DNA of 64,000 nucleotides, taken from NCBI GenBank assembly GCA_965215515.1, contig OZ244057.1, positions 2,116,711-2,180,710 on the forward strand, given 5' to 3'. This DNA comes from Oligoflexales bacterium (lineage in GTDB: Bacteria; Bdellovibrionota_B; Oligoflexia; Oligoflexales; JAPPIL01). A program made the position numbers and the translations under genes. Below are positions 20,531 to 30,001 of this stretch, one piece after another (position 1 is the first letter of the stretch; each line of letters opens with the position of its first letter). The notes under the pieces are model-generated. The model saw nothing but the letters and a program-made list of their open reading frames with translations, did no database searches and was not told where the DNA came from.

Positions 20531-21202
20531 TCAATCGAAATCACTCACCAATTCAGCAATTTTTTGCTGTAAACGCAAATTTTTCACCCGTGCAAACAAC
20601 ATCCAAGTCGCCAACAACAGCGAGAACAGAGTCGCGGTAGCGAGCAGAGCGAGAATTTCGCTACTCATCGTGCCCATCCCGATACTCGGTGGTTGATGTA
20701 GCGTGCGCCACCAGGTAACACTCTTGTAGACGATCGGCACATCGATGAAAATTAAAATCCCCAATGCTGCACTTGCTTTGACTTTGTTCGTGCCACGCGG
20801 CAAAGCGCTTTGTAGCAACAGGTAGGCCGCGAACAACACACCGAGAATAAGCGTCGTCAATAACCGTGCGTCCCACGTCCACCACACCCCCCAGGTCACT
20901 CGTCCCCACATCGACCCTGTTAACAAGCCTAGTACGGTGAACAACAGACCCAGTTCAGCACATGCCTGTCCCCAGAGTATGCAGGCTTCGGTTTTTTTGC
21001 CCAGGGCGTAGATACTGCATAGGAACAGGTAGAAGGCACAGACGAAAGCCGTCAGACAAGTGGGCACGTGTACGTAGAGGATGCGATAAACATCACCTTG
21101 ATGCACGTCAGTGCCTACCCCGTAGAGTCCCCAGCCCCAGCAGAGCAGTTGCACAACGAACAGCACGATACCCCAGCGAAAGGTGGCGAATTCAGTTTTC
21201 AA
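20531..21202 (-). CDS. ccmC: Heme exporter protein C
   Basis: YVHVP, WWD motif 'WGRVTWGVWWTWDARL' and WWRTLHQ; TTG start at 21202 inferred from GGAG RBS. Confidence 0.93.
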   Translation of the reverse strand: MKTEFATFRWGIVLFVVQLLCWGWGLYGVGTDVHQGDVYRILYVHVPTCLTAFVCAFYLFLCSIYALGKKTEACILWGQACAELGLLFTVLGLLTGSMWGRVTWGVWWTWDARLLTTLILGVLFAAYLLLQSALPRGTNKVKASAALGILIFIDVPIVYKSVTWWRTLHQPPSIGMGTMSSEILALLATATLFSLLLATWMLFARVKNLRLQQKIAELVSDFD

Positions 21203-21887
21203 TCTGTTCTCCAAACAGCAGCAAACCCAGAGTGAGGTAGACGACATCCATGCCGATTAACAGTGTAATCCACTTGACCTGTGATTCATCCATCCCGCCT
21301 TTCTCAAGGTAGGCGTATGATGTTTCCGCGGCACCGATCAGCAGGGGTATCGTGAGCGGAAAATAGATCAGGGGGTAAAGGATGTTGCGTCCCTTCGCAC
21401 GCAAGACGATGGTGGTTAGCAACACCCCTAAGGCTGCCTGTCCTACCAATGCCAGTGCGGCAACACCTCCCACGAAGAAGAATGCCTGGCGATTGTGCTG
21501 CGCATTGAAAACAAAAGCGAGCAGCAGCAGCGGCAATAGAAACAGCATACTGCTGATGATGAAGACCAGCAGTTTACTCATGTACCAAATTTCCCCGCTG
21601 AGCGGGTAAGTGCGCAGTAAGTCGTAGACACCATCGTGTTGTTCGAATTCAAAAATGCGCAGTGCGGAGATTTGCACCGCGAAGAAGAAGGCGAGGTAAA
21701 TCTCTGCGATCAGCACTCGTGTCGTGCCCATCCCAGGCGTGGCGAAGCACACTGCGGTGATGATTAGCACGGTGATGGCGAATAGGAACGACGAGCACAG
21801 GCGTTCTTTGTTGCTGAGTTCCAATCGCAAACCGCAGGTGATGAAGATCTGCAACTGTTGCCAGAGTGAGGCATGTGCTTTAGTCAT
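21192..21887 (-). CDS. ccmB: Heme exporter protein B
   Basis: About 6 TMs; 'FEFEQHDG.YD.L' and 'LYPLIYFPLTIPLLI'; operon position. Confidence 0.85.
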   Translation of the reverse strand: MTKAHASLWQQLQIFITCGLRLELSNKERLCSSFLFAITVLIITAVCFATPGMGTTRVLIAEIYLAFFFAVQISALRIFEFEQHDGVYDLLRTYPLSGEIWYMSKLLVFIISSMLFLLPLLLLAFVFNAQHNRQAFFFVGGVAALALVGQAALGVLLTTIVLRAKGRNILYPLIYFPLTIPLLIGAAETSYAYLEKGGMDESQVKWITLLIGMDVVYLTLGLLLFGEQIEN

Positions 21888-22482
21888 TTGTTAGCTCCAG
21901 CCGCTGGGTACGTAGTGCTGCAAAGGCGGTATCGTCATGGCTGACGATAATGGCAGCTCCTCCGTCGTGCACATGTTGCGCCAGCAGCTCGCGGAATGTT
22001 TGCGTCCCCTCGCTATCGAGAACGGCGAGCGGCTCGTCGAGTATCCACAGCGGCGAGGGTGACAGCAGCAATCGGGCCATGCTCAGGCGGCGTTTCATGC
22101 CTGAGGAGAAGAGGCCGACGGCAAGATTGCGGGGGAAACAGATGCCGCAGCGTTGTAAGGCGGGGAGAATTTTGTTTTCGTCGAGGGTGCGGTTTTTTAG
22201 TTTTGCCCACCAGCGAAGATTGTCCCAAGCTGACAACTGGGCAAAAAAACCGTCGCTAGCGGCGGGCAGATGTTCGCACAATCTGCGTCCCGACCCACCT
22301 TTGAAGATGATCTCACCGCGGGTGTAGGGCAGCAGCCCTACGATAATTTTCAGCAGGGTGGTCTTCCCTGCCCCGTTGCGTCCTTCCAGGTGCAGCACCT
22401 CGCCTGCATCGAGCTTGAAGCTGATGTCCCTGAAGATGACGCGGGGGGGAAAACTTTTGGAGAGACCGTTGATCTGTAACAT
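21880..22482 (-). CDS. ccmA: Heme ABC exporter ATP-binding protein
   Basis: GRNGAGKTT, SSGMKRR and LWILDEP; true start taken as ATG 22482 (MLQING). Confidence 0.9.
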   Translation of the reverse strand: MLQINGLSKSFPPRVIFRDISFKLDAGEVLHLEGRNGAGKTTLLKIIVGLLPYTRGEIIFKGGSGRRLCEHLPAASDGFFAQLSAWDNLRWWAKLKNRTLDENKILPALQRCGICFPRNLAVGLFSSGMKRRLSMARLLLSPSPLWILDEPLAVLDSEGTQTFRELLAQHVHDGGAAIIVSHDDTAFAALRTQRLELTND

Positions 22483-22510
22483 GTTTGCCCCATTGCTGTC
22501 GCTACCATCG

Positions 22511-23494
22511 TCAACGCTGCCTGCTCTCCTGCGTGCGTTTCGCGACATGCGCAGGCGGGGGAGGCTGTAGGTGCAGGGCGAATATATCCATCGTTTTTTC
22601 TCTGGTAAAGAGAATTTGCTGCCCTTTTCTTGTCCACACGGGCCAACGTTCACGGGCGGCACGGGTGCTGGTGAGGACACGTTCTTGGCCGCGGTAGTCG
22701 CGCAGACGCAGATCGTAATCGACCAGCTTACGACCGACGAAGATTGCCTTGGCATAGACGAAGTGTTGCCCCTGCGGATGCCAGCTTGGGTCGCGGCCAC
22801 GGGCGATAAAGCCCGCCTCTTCGCCTTCCTGCTGTAGGTACACTCTGCCACCTTGTGTGCTCCACAGGACTGCCTCGCCGCGCGGTGAGATGGCGAAGGA
22901 AGCGAGGCCTGTGTCGTCATCAGCCAGTTTGGTGTAGGAACGACCATCGCTAGCGACCAGCAGCATGCCTTTCTGAGTTGCCAACCACTTGCCGCCTTGT
23001 GTGCGTTGCCCGACTTGCCACTTTGCCAAACGGTTAGAGGGGTAGTATATTTTGCTGACCTTGATTCCTTTGTCGTGCATTATCTGGAAGGTCAAATCCC
23101 GCGGATCGAAAGTCGGCGGACCGCTGCTCGAAGGCAAGCTCGATAGCTGGTGTGACTTGCCCTGTGCTACATCAAACACTTTGATATAGCTGGTGATTTT
23201 GGGTTTTTTGTCTTTACGCAAGTGCAATTCGCGGTAGAACAGACGATGCCCCCCTGGTGCCCAGAAAAACGCTCCACCTACATAGTTGTTTGTTACCGTA
23301 AAAATAAATTTGTTTTGTAAATTTAAGACTTTGAGTTTGTTTTTGCCTGTTTCTTGGTAAGCCAGATAACGACCGTGTGGGTCGATTTGCAAATATTCCA
23401 CCGCTGTTTGCAATCGTAGCCACAGTTGTGCTCGGGGTAGCACTGCGGCTAGCTGTGGCAGAACGACGAGAGCGATGACGAGCATGCGTGGCAT
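22511..23494 (-). CDS. TolB-like beta-propeller periplasmic protein
   Basis: Signal peptide; repeated W/F-x-P-x-G blades (DPHG, WAPGG, ISPRG, SWHPQG). Confidence 0.65.
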   Translation of the reverse strand: MPRMLVIALVVLPQLAAVLPRAQLWLRLQTAVEYLQIDPHGRYLAYQETGKNKLKVLNLQNKFIFTVTNNYVGGAFFWAPGGHRLFYRELHLRKDKKPKITSYIKVFDVAQGKSHQLSSLPSSSGPPTFDPRDLTFQIMHDKGIKVSKIYYPSNRLAKWQVGQRTQGGKWLATQKGMLLVASDGRSYTKLADDDTGLASFAISPRGEAVLWSTQGGRVYLQQEGEEAGFIARGRDPSWHPQGQHFVYAKAIFVGRKLVDYDLRLRDYRGQERVLTSTRAARERWPVWTRKGQQILFTREKTMDIFALHLQPPPPAHVAKRTQESRQR

Positions 23495-23564
23495 AAATAC
23501 TGCTATAATTGTAGTTAGAGACGACGTATCAGCTGGTCGGTACGTGCCGTAGGCAAAAATCTGC

Positions 23565-23592
23565 TCAAGGAAAACGCACCGTCCGCCGATGC
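23565..23592 (+). promoter_or_regulatory. Sigma28/FliA-like promoter
   Basis: TCAAG-N15-GCCGATGC, ending 37 bp before ATG 23629. Confidence 0.55.
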
Positions 23593-23628
23593 TTATAGTA
23601 TAACCCCCTAACTGCCAGGAAAGGAACT

Positions 23629-23928
23629 ATGAGTGTCTTTATCAAGCTAGCCATCACGGTGTCGCTCCTGTTCATTTTGCCGACCGAGCTGGTGGCGAAG
23701 AAGAAACGCCGTGTCGCCCCTGGCAGGGACAATCTCGTCATGGAAGCGGAGATCCGCAAGGACAGGAAGAGCTATGACTTCGATTCGATGACCATCGATG
23801 GCCAACGCCGTGTGCCGCTCGGTAATCTAATCAACCAGAAACAGGCCAACAAGGAGTACGAGTTCGTCAAAATTCGACTGCGCTGGCGCAAGGAAATGAT
23901 CCAGTCGGCCTCCAATCTCAACCTCTAG
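23629..23928 (+). CDS. CglF/GltF-like small secreted protein (gliding-motility family)
   Basis: Signal peptide, then 'YDFDSMTIDG...P.G......FVKIR..W..EM.QSA.NL', resembling myxobacterial CglF as recalled. Confidence 0.6.
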   Translation: MSVFIKLAITVSLLFILPTELVAKKKRRVAPGRDNLVMEAEIRKDRKSYDFDSMTIDGQRRVPLGNLINQKQANKEYEFVKIRLRWRKEMIQSASNLNL

Positions 23929-24068
23929 GAGGGATCTACAACTCCCTCCCCCTCCCGAACCCACAACTTTCTGGAGTGACTCCCACGCAGGCCAGAAGAA
24001 CTTGCTGGTCGGCGCGGAGCTGGTATAATGACTGGAGTGATGTTTATTATTAGCAAGGATACCCGCTG

Positions 24069-24839
24069 ATGAGCACGGACAAAGAGCCCTCGTACATCGA
24101 CAAAAAGTTGGCACAGTTCACCGCGCGTTTCGAGGCTGCCTTGGAGAAGGAACGCAAGGAGCGTATCGCGGCGCGCAAGGAATACGATGCCAAGCTGGAG
24201 AAGGAACGCAAGGAGCGTATCGCGGCGCGCAAGGAATACGATGCCAAGCTGGAGAAGGAACGCAAGGAATACGATGCCCAGCGTGTCAAAGATCGGGAGG
24301 AGCACCGCCGCGTGGTAGCGGTAGAAACGGGCAAGTTGTACGACATGTGGGGCAAGCTAGCCGAGTTTGTCATCGAGTCGGGCATCGTTACCACCCTCAA
24401 CCGCCATCACGATCTCCACGTCGACGATGCCTTACCTAGTGTCGGCGTGCGTTGTCAGGATGAGGACGGCAAACCTGAAGACGGACAGATCGACATCATC
24501 GTTTCAGGGGAGCGGGACATAGTCATCGTCGAGACCAAGACAACGTTGACGGTGGGTGACGTTAAGTATTTTCTGGGCAAATATCTGCGCAGTTATACGC
24601 GTTGGCAGGCTTCGTCACCGCATATCAATCTGCCGAGCTGTGCGGGCATGCGTCTGTTCGGTTGTCTGGCTTACATGAAGGCAGAGCCGCGTGCCGAAGA
24701 AGTAGCCGTGCGGGAGGGTTTGCTTACCGTGCATGCTTTCGGCGACAGCAGCGATCTCGCTCACCCCGATACCGCCTTGATCGACTATCATCCCGACCGC
24801 TATCATCGCCGCGCACAACAGCACCCGAACAGCCGCTGA
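24069..24839 (+). CDS. Coiled-coil-repeat PD-(D/E)XK nuclease-domain protein (DUF3782-like architecture), copy 1
   Basis: N-terminal LEKERKERIAARKEYDAK repeats; 'GQIDIIV...IVIVETKTTL' D...ExK motif. Confidence 0.8.
   Translation: MSTDKEPSYIDKKLAQFTARFEAALEKERKERIAARKEYDAKLEKERKERIAARKEYDAKLEKERKEYDAQRVKDREEHRRVVAVETGKLYDMWGKLAEFVIESGIVTTLNRHHDLHVDDALPSVGVRCQDEDGKPEDGQIDIIVSGERDIVIVETKTTLTVGDVKYFLGKYLRSYTRWQASSPHINLPSCAGMRLFGCLAYMKAEPRAEEVAVREGLLTVHAFGDSSDLAHPDTALIDYHPDRYHRRAQQHPNSR
24142..24268 (+). repeat. In-frame 54-bp tandem repeat (~2.3 units)
   Basis: TGGAGAAGGAACGCAAGG recurs at 24142, 24196 and 24250. Confidence 0.95.
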
Positions 24840-25004
24840 AGTATCTCGCTTCTTTGTCATTTACATATCTCAGTAAAAGCAGAATTACTCAGTAAAATCA
24901 GGTATCTATAAAAAAATTTAAGCAAAAAAAAAACACCCGATGTCAGCACTGAAGGTTGTCGTTGATGTTTTGTAAATTCATGGCGAGGGGGGCAGCAGAT
25001 ATCG

Positions 25005-28000
25005 CTAGATCGGGATGCTTCTCGGCTGGAAGGATTCGTATACCTTGATGGAGAGCTTGTTGAGTTCGTTGAGCATGCTTGCTAGGTCTCCGCCTTTACC
25101 TAGCAAATTGTCTCTCAGATGCTCGTTGCCTGCGGAAAAAATCTTACGCCACTTACGGTTGTCAGCAACTTGCTCGACGGCATCTTTTCTTAGGCGAAAT
25201 ATGCGGAGCAAACGGCTGGGGGAGCGGGGGACGAAAGCACCTTCCACCGCTATTTCCTCTCCCGTGTCAGACGTAACCTTAACAGCTTTCTTTTTGAACT
25301 CAGCTATTTTCCCCAGCATCCGAGTGAAGTGCACTCGCAAGACACTCAGGCGTTCGCTGTTTTTATATTCGGCGATGAAGTCACTGGCATCGCTTAGATT
25401 TATCGTCCCCTTTGCATGTTCTGTTCTTTGTTCTTCTAGCCATTTTTTTACGGCTTTTCTGTCTATTTTTTTGCCAGGCGGTGGGTTCATTATTTCTGCT
25501 AGTTTTTCTTTTCGAGTCTTTTTATCTTTGCCCAGAAGCTGGGCTAGCAAATCTTTATCCTTCCATTGCAGGCCGAGTTTTTTACCCAACAACCTACGTT
25601 GCGATTTTGCGTTACGAGTAAAGAAGAAAAATCTTTTACGATATTTTCTGCCGTACACTAAGGTGGAAAAAAGATCGGCAACTTGGCCATTATTCATTTT
25701 TTCTACCATTTTTTTGTCAAGTAGCTGAGACATCGCTACTCTCTTAACTTCAGGTATACCTCGCGATCTAGGTAAAACAAATGGTATGCGGATGTCTGAT
25801 ATTGGTATTCTGATGTCGGTGAGCGGGAGAAAGCGGGTACGTATAACATCGTCGATGAACTCCATTTTGATCACTTTATCGAATGCACCCTTGACATTGT
25901 TATTCATCCAAAGGTTTTTCAGTGCCTTTTTGAATGTTTTTATATCGCCCGTATGCTTTGCTAAGTATTCCAAGACTTCTGTCAGGTCGTCAACGTTAGC
26001 TCCTTTAGCGGTCAGGATGGGCACTGAGTGGACAAATTTACGACAGTAGGGGGAGGAGCAGTATTTTAGCCTCTTGTAGACTTTGTGGTATTTCGTTACC
26101 ACTTTCTCATTACCTAGAATTTTCGTTATAGCCTTTATCTGCCGTGCTGATTTGCCCCAACGATAGGCAAATTTCACAAAGGCACCCGCATCGAATGCCG
26201 TCAGTGCCAGCTCAGCGTAAAGAGCTCGCCGTGCGGCATGGTATTCTCGGCGGGCACGATAATACTCCTCGAAGTTCGCTCCGAAATTGTCGGCAAACAG
26301 CGAGCTCTCAGCTCGTTGTTGCACCACTCTACTATGCTGAAAATGGGCGGCACTAGCTAGCAAACCTGCCGCGGTAGCTACCCCATACAAGAGGCCAGGC
26401 AGAAAGGCAGGTAAAGCAGCACCTAGAGTGGGGATAGAAAGAACCACCGCGGCTATCGTTAGCGCGATAACTATGCCAGGCAGCCCCTGGGTGCGTAAAA
26501 AATGATCAGCACGAAAGCGGGTGTGTTTTTTGAAAACCGCGTTCATACGAAAAGCATAGTCAGGTCTTATCAGCAAGGCTTTAGCGAGAGGGACAATTTG
26601 ATAGTATGCTGCAAACTCGGCAGTTAGTTTTACCTGCTGTTCAGCTTCAGGTGTGTGGCGATGAATTTTCTGCGCCAGCTTGTGTAGTTCTTCCGCTTGC
26701 CGATAGATACCCTTCCACATCTCACGAATAGCGGGGTCGATAGTGTGATACTGTGCATAGGAATGCATTTTCCAATCGTATTGCAGTTGACCGTTGATCT
26801 TGGAGATATGTACGTCTTCGGGTTTTCTTTTCTCGCCCATCTGCTGCATGAAGGCTTTTGTCGCCATCAGCAAGCCATGTGGCTCGGCAAAGACGAGGTT
26901 GTAGCGGCGCGCATAACTTTGATAAGCGGCTTGGTATGCGGAACTGCTGTTTTCATAATCAATCGTGTTGCCTAATATAGCAACGTATTTTTTCTTAAAA
27001 TCTGCGTCAGCACCCTCCTGGGCATCAGGATAGACTTTATTGAGTGCATTGACATAGGTCATCCATGCCTTGTACACCGCGTCGCGTGTAAAGGGCCGCA
27101 AATCCGCATGCTCTCTTTGTGCCTTAGCGGTCATCTCCAGTACCTGTGAGCCATCTATGCTGGAGCAATGATCGACACACGCAACCCTAATATCATCCGT
27201 ACTGTCTATCCAGCTGTACAGCTTACGACTGCTTACCCACTGACGGGCGGTGGAGGCGATGGCTATGTGATAGAGAAGATGGTTGAAATGTTTTTGCGAG
27301 GTAGTGCTGAAAAAAATGTCTTTCTCCACCTGGTCATCCACCGTCCCCGCAGGGTTGTGGTGCAGCGCAGCGATATAATCAGCAGCACTGCGATAGTTGG
27401 TCAGGTTTTTTGTCATCGGCAACATGTCTCTTACATCTGCCATTTCCAACGAGGTAAGAATAGCGGCGCGTAACTGTTCTGCTTTGTGCTTAGGCTGTTT
27501 TCCCATGTGCTCAAGAATCGTACGAATTGCCAACCATTTGCGTTGTGCTAATAGCAACACTTGCCAATCAGCATCGTGGTGGTCACGATTGCGGTTGTCA
27601 TATAGATAGCGTTGCACTTTATCGGTGCTCTCAACGATAGTGCTAAGATCGACAGTACTGTTTTGTTGCAACAGTTCTTGCAACTCTAGCACCTTAGGAA
27701 CAACGTCGTAGTTGAGATTGACGACGGTGGCCGCGGCTGAGAAAGCATCGCGATAGTCTGCGGAGGAAACAAAACTAGCGAGTGCTGAGATCGTTTCATG
27801 ATACTGAGAGTCGAGGTCGGCAAACAGACTATCGGCACTGAGGGGGTCGTCGTAAAGTTCATCGATGTAGTTGGCATTGGGTGCGGACAAACTTACCCGT
27901 GTGTAGTAAAAATAACGCCCCGCATAGGGGCCGTGGATCTCTCTAGCTTTACAAAAAGTTACAGTGCGTGCTGCCCGTGCAGTCCAATTGGGTGTGCCGA

Positions 28001-28544
28001 GCGAGGGAGTACCGTTGTCATCAGCTTTAATCTCGACACTCTCCTGCCCCGCGGGGCAGGAGAAATGGGGAGGGAAAAAGCCGCGATGGAGATACACTTC
28101 CGTGGGTAGCGGGGCGATGTCGTCGCCTACAACCATGATTTTAAGGTAATAACCGTCGAAGTGGTAGGGATCTTGGGGCGAACGGGCTCTGGCTTTTTCT
28201 AGCGCAGCACTGCTTTTAAAGCCCTCGAAGGGGTGTTTGCCCGTAATGACATCCGCCGCGAAGCCTTTGAACTCACCTTCTGCAAGTTGCGCGACATCTT
28301 CGTCATAGAGCTCGAAAGGAAAAAAATCCCCCCCGACGACGGAAGGGTAGCGGTTCATAAAAATACCGACAACGACCGTCGCATTCCCGTCAGCGTCGTG
28401 TCGCAGGGAAGTCAGATGGCGCGCTCGCACGTCAGCCGCGGGCGGGGCAAGCAATCGTCCCGTCTCTCGCTCGTTTCTTTCGAAGGTACAGCTAGGAGGA
28501 GTTGCCAATGATATTGTGAGGATAAGCGCGATAAGTCTTGTCAT
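25005..28544 (-). CDS. Large orphan secreted protein with central hydrophobic hairpin and Lys/Arg-rich C-terminus
   Basis: ~1179-aa ORF; ATG 28544 after AAGGAG; signal-like N-terminus; 'GIVIALTIAAVVLSIPTLGAALPAFLPGLLYGVATAAGLLAS'. Confidence 0.75.
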   Translation of the reverse strand: MTRLIALILTISLATPPSCTFERNERETGRLLAPPAADVRARHLTSLRHDADGNATVVVGIFMNRYPSVVGGDFFPFELYDEDVAQLAEGEFKGFAADVITGKHPFEGFKSSAALEKARARSPQDPYHFDGYYLKIMVVGDDIAPLPTEVYLHRGFFPPHFSCPAGQESVEIKADDNGTPSLGTPNWTARAARTVTFCKAREIHGPYAGRYFYYTRVSLSAPNANYIDELYDDPLSADSLFADLDSQYHETISALASFVSSADYRDAFSAAATVVNLNYDVVPKVLELQELLQQNSTVDLSTIVESTDKVQRYLYDNRNRDHHDADWQVLLLAQRKWLAIRTILEHMGKQPKHKAEQLRAAILTSLEMADVRDMLPMTKNLTNYRSAADYIAALHHNPAGTVDDQVEKDIFFSTTSQKHFNHLLYHIAIASTARQWVSSRKLYSWIDSTDDIRVACVDHCSSIDGSQVLEMTAKAQREHADLRPFTRDAVYKAWMTYVNALNKVYPDAQEGADADFKKKYVAILGNTIDYENSSSAYQAAYQSYARRYNLVFAEPHGLLMATKAFMQQMGEKRKPEDVHISKINGQLQYDWKMHSYAQYHTIDPAIREMWKGIYRQAEELHKLAQKIHRHTPEAEQQVKLTAEFAAYYQIVPLAKALLIRPDYAFRMNAVFKKHTRFRADHFLRTQGLPGIVIALTIAAVVLSIPTLGAALPAFLPGLLYGVATAAGLLASAAHFQHSRVVQQRAESSLFADNFGANFEEYYRARREYHAARRALYAELALTAFDAGAFVKFAYRWGKSARQIKAITKILGNEKVVTKYHKVYKRLKYCSSPYCRKFVHSVPILTAKGANVDDLTEVLEYLAKHTGDIKTFKKALKNLWMNNNVKGAFDKVIKMEFIDDVIRTRFLPLTDIRIPISDIRIPFVLPRSRGIPEVKRVAMSQLLDKKMVEKMNNGQVADLFSTLVYGRKYRKRFFFFTRNAKSQRRLLGKKLGLQWKDKDLLAQLLGKDKKTRKEKLAEIMNPPPGKKIDRKAVKKWLEEQRTEHAKGTINLSDASDFIAEYKNSERLSVLRVHFTRMLGKIAEFKKKAVKVTSDTGEEIAVEGAFVPRSPSRLLRIFRLRKDAVEQVADNRKWRKIFSAGNEHLRDNLLGKGGDLASMLNELNKLSIKVYESFQPRSIPI

Positions 28545-28590
28545 GCTGCAACCCCGTTCTCCTTGCTGGATAACACAACCGTCTGTGTAT

Positions 28591-28618
28591 ATTATATAAT
28601 ATTTAAAAACATTGTCAA
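28591..28618 (-). promoter_or_regulatory. Consensus sigma70 promoter for the 25005-28544 gene
   Basis: Minus strand TTGACA-N16-TATAAT. Confidence 0.7.
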
Positions 28619-28643
28619 TATACAAATTTTAATAAAATGTCGC

Positions 28644-29321
28644 TCAGCGTCGCACTCGCCAGGTCTCAAGATCACGCAGGGTGAGGGTGTTGAGGTCAAG
28701 CATGTGGGCGAAGACTTGTGCCGTCACTTCTGCGTCGCCGATGGAACGGTGACGGGAGGAGAACGACAGTTTGTAGTGTGCTGCTAACGCGTCAAGTGTG
28801 CGTCGTTCCAAGTCAGGCAGTAGTTCTCGGGCCATTTTCAAAGTACAGTAGATGGGGCATTGGAAATCCCAATCATGTTTGGCACAGGCGGCTCGCAGGA
28901 AGGAAGCATCGAAGTCAGCATTGTGTGCAATCAACACCGCACCGCGGATGAACTGCAAGAAGCTGTCGATCACTGTGCCGAGCCGCGGCTGGCCTTGCAA
29001 ATCCTCCGCCGTCAAGCCTGTGACACGGGTGGCGGCCCACGTCACACCGTTGTCAGGATTGATGAGTTGGTTATATTGTGCACCCCGCTGATTGCCGCTA
29101 TACCTGATCGCCCCGATCTCGACAATCTCATGCTTGGCTGCCTTCAATCCCGTGGTCTCAAAATCGAACACCACCCACGGCACTTCCGCCAAACGTCGGT
29201 TGAGATCGGGCCTGTAGTGCAAAGTCTGACGCAAACGTAAGTTTCCTGTCGGCGGTGTTTGTTTCACCTCAGGAGGAAAAAGCACCTCGTAAAACATGGA
29301 ATGCTTGAGCTGGTCATTCAT
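28644..29321 (-). CDS. DEDDh 3'-5' exonuclease (DnaQ/PolC-exonuclease-like)
   Basis: VFDFETTG, AHNADFD and HRSIGDA. Confidence 0.92.
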   Translation of the reverse strand: MNDQLKHSMFYEVLFPPEVKQTPPTGNLRLRQTLHYRPDLNRRLAEVPWVVFDFETTGLKAAKHEIVEIGAIRYSGNQRGAQYNQLINPDNGVTWAATRVTGLTAEDLQGQPRLGTVIDSFLQFIRGAVLIAHNADFDASFLRAACAKHDWDFQCPIYCTLKMARELLPDLERRTLDALAAHYKLSFSSRHRSIGDAEVTAQVFAHMLDLNTLTLRDLETWRVRR

Positions 29322-29387
29322 ACCTGCCCTCCCTGCACATCAGGCGCGGACCAGGGTAGCAAATTATGGCAATGCTGTCGCTTGCTT

Positions 29388-29918
29388 TTAGCGTTTTTGT
29401 TCGGTACGACGTGCCACCACACGCTTACGCTTGCTTTCCTGAGTGAAGCCCATCACCACCCGCAGGCGTGGATTGCCGTCAGCATCCTTGAAGGTTTTTC
29501 TCTGAAAATTCTGCAGAATATAAAGGTCGCGGTAAGCTTTCAAGGTGCCCGCAGCGACTAGACTGCCGATCTTCTCCTCCACCTTGCGATCTTTGCCCAA
29601 TCGTTGAAAAATCGTCAACCGTGTTTTATACTGCCGTGCCTGTCGTGACCAAAACACGGGTTGGGTAACGAAATGCCAGTCACCGACATAGAAATGACTG
29701 GGGCGGTCGAGTGCGGCACGCAAGGTGAGTTTGCGTTCTTTGGTGCGGCGGTAGGTCGGCTGCCCGCGGTTGTTGTGTGGCACAAACTTCTGCCACGGGA
29801 CGAGGGTCAGGGCAATACGTACCTGTGCCTGGGCGGGCGTAAGCGTCTTGTCGTCAGTCCTGGTAGGCTGCACGGCAAGCAGACAAGGCAGCAGTGCAAG
29901 CAGTAGCAGGGCCTTCAC
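29388..29918 (-). CDS. Hypothetical basic secreted protein
   Basis: GTG 29918 after GGAGGTGA; signal peptide MKALLLLALLPCLLA. Confidence 0.55.
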   Translation of the reverse strand: MKALLLLALLPCLLAVQPTRTDDKTLTPAQAQVRIALTLVPWQKFVPHNNRGQPTYRRTKERKLTLRAALDRPSHFYVGDWHFVTQPVFWSRQARQYKTRLTIFQRLGKDRKVEEKIGSLVAAGTLKAYRDLYILQNFQRKTFKDADGNPRLRVVMGFTQESKRKRVVARRTEQKR

Positions 29919-30001
29919 AATCACCTCCGCGGTGGTGGCGGTTTCAGGGTATAATCTGATTCTAACCCGCCAGACCGCATTTGTTAAGAGGAGATACCCA
30001 C

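Larger units (their letters stand above)
23999..24983 (+). repeat. Dispersed ~0.95-kb direct repeat, copy 1 (promoter + nuclease gene + 3' non-coding tail)
   Basis: Near-identical to 59327-60257. Confidence 0.95.

Noticed and set aside
22483..22947. N-terminal extension of ccmA (355-aa ORF)
   Set aside because: It overlaps the upstream beta-propeller gene in another frame; ABC homology begins at MLQING.
24142..24268. 54-bp repeats as a CRISPR or DGR template/variable repeat
   Set aside because: They are in-frame coding tandem units without spacers, and no reverse transcriptase is present in the window.
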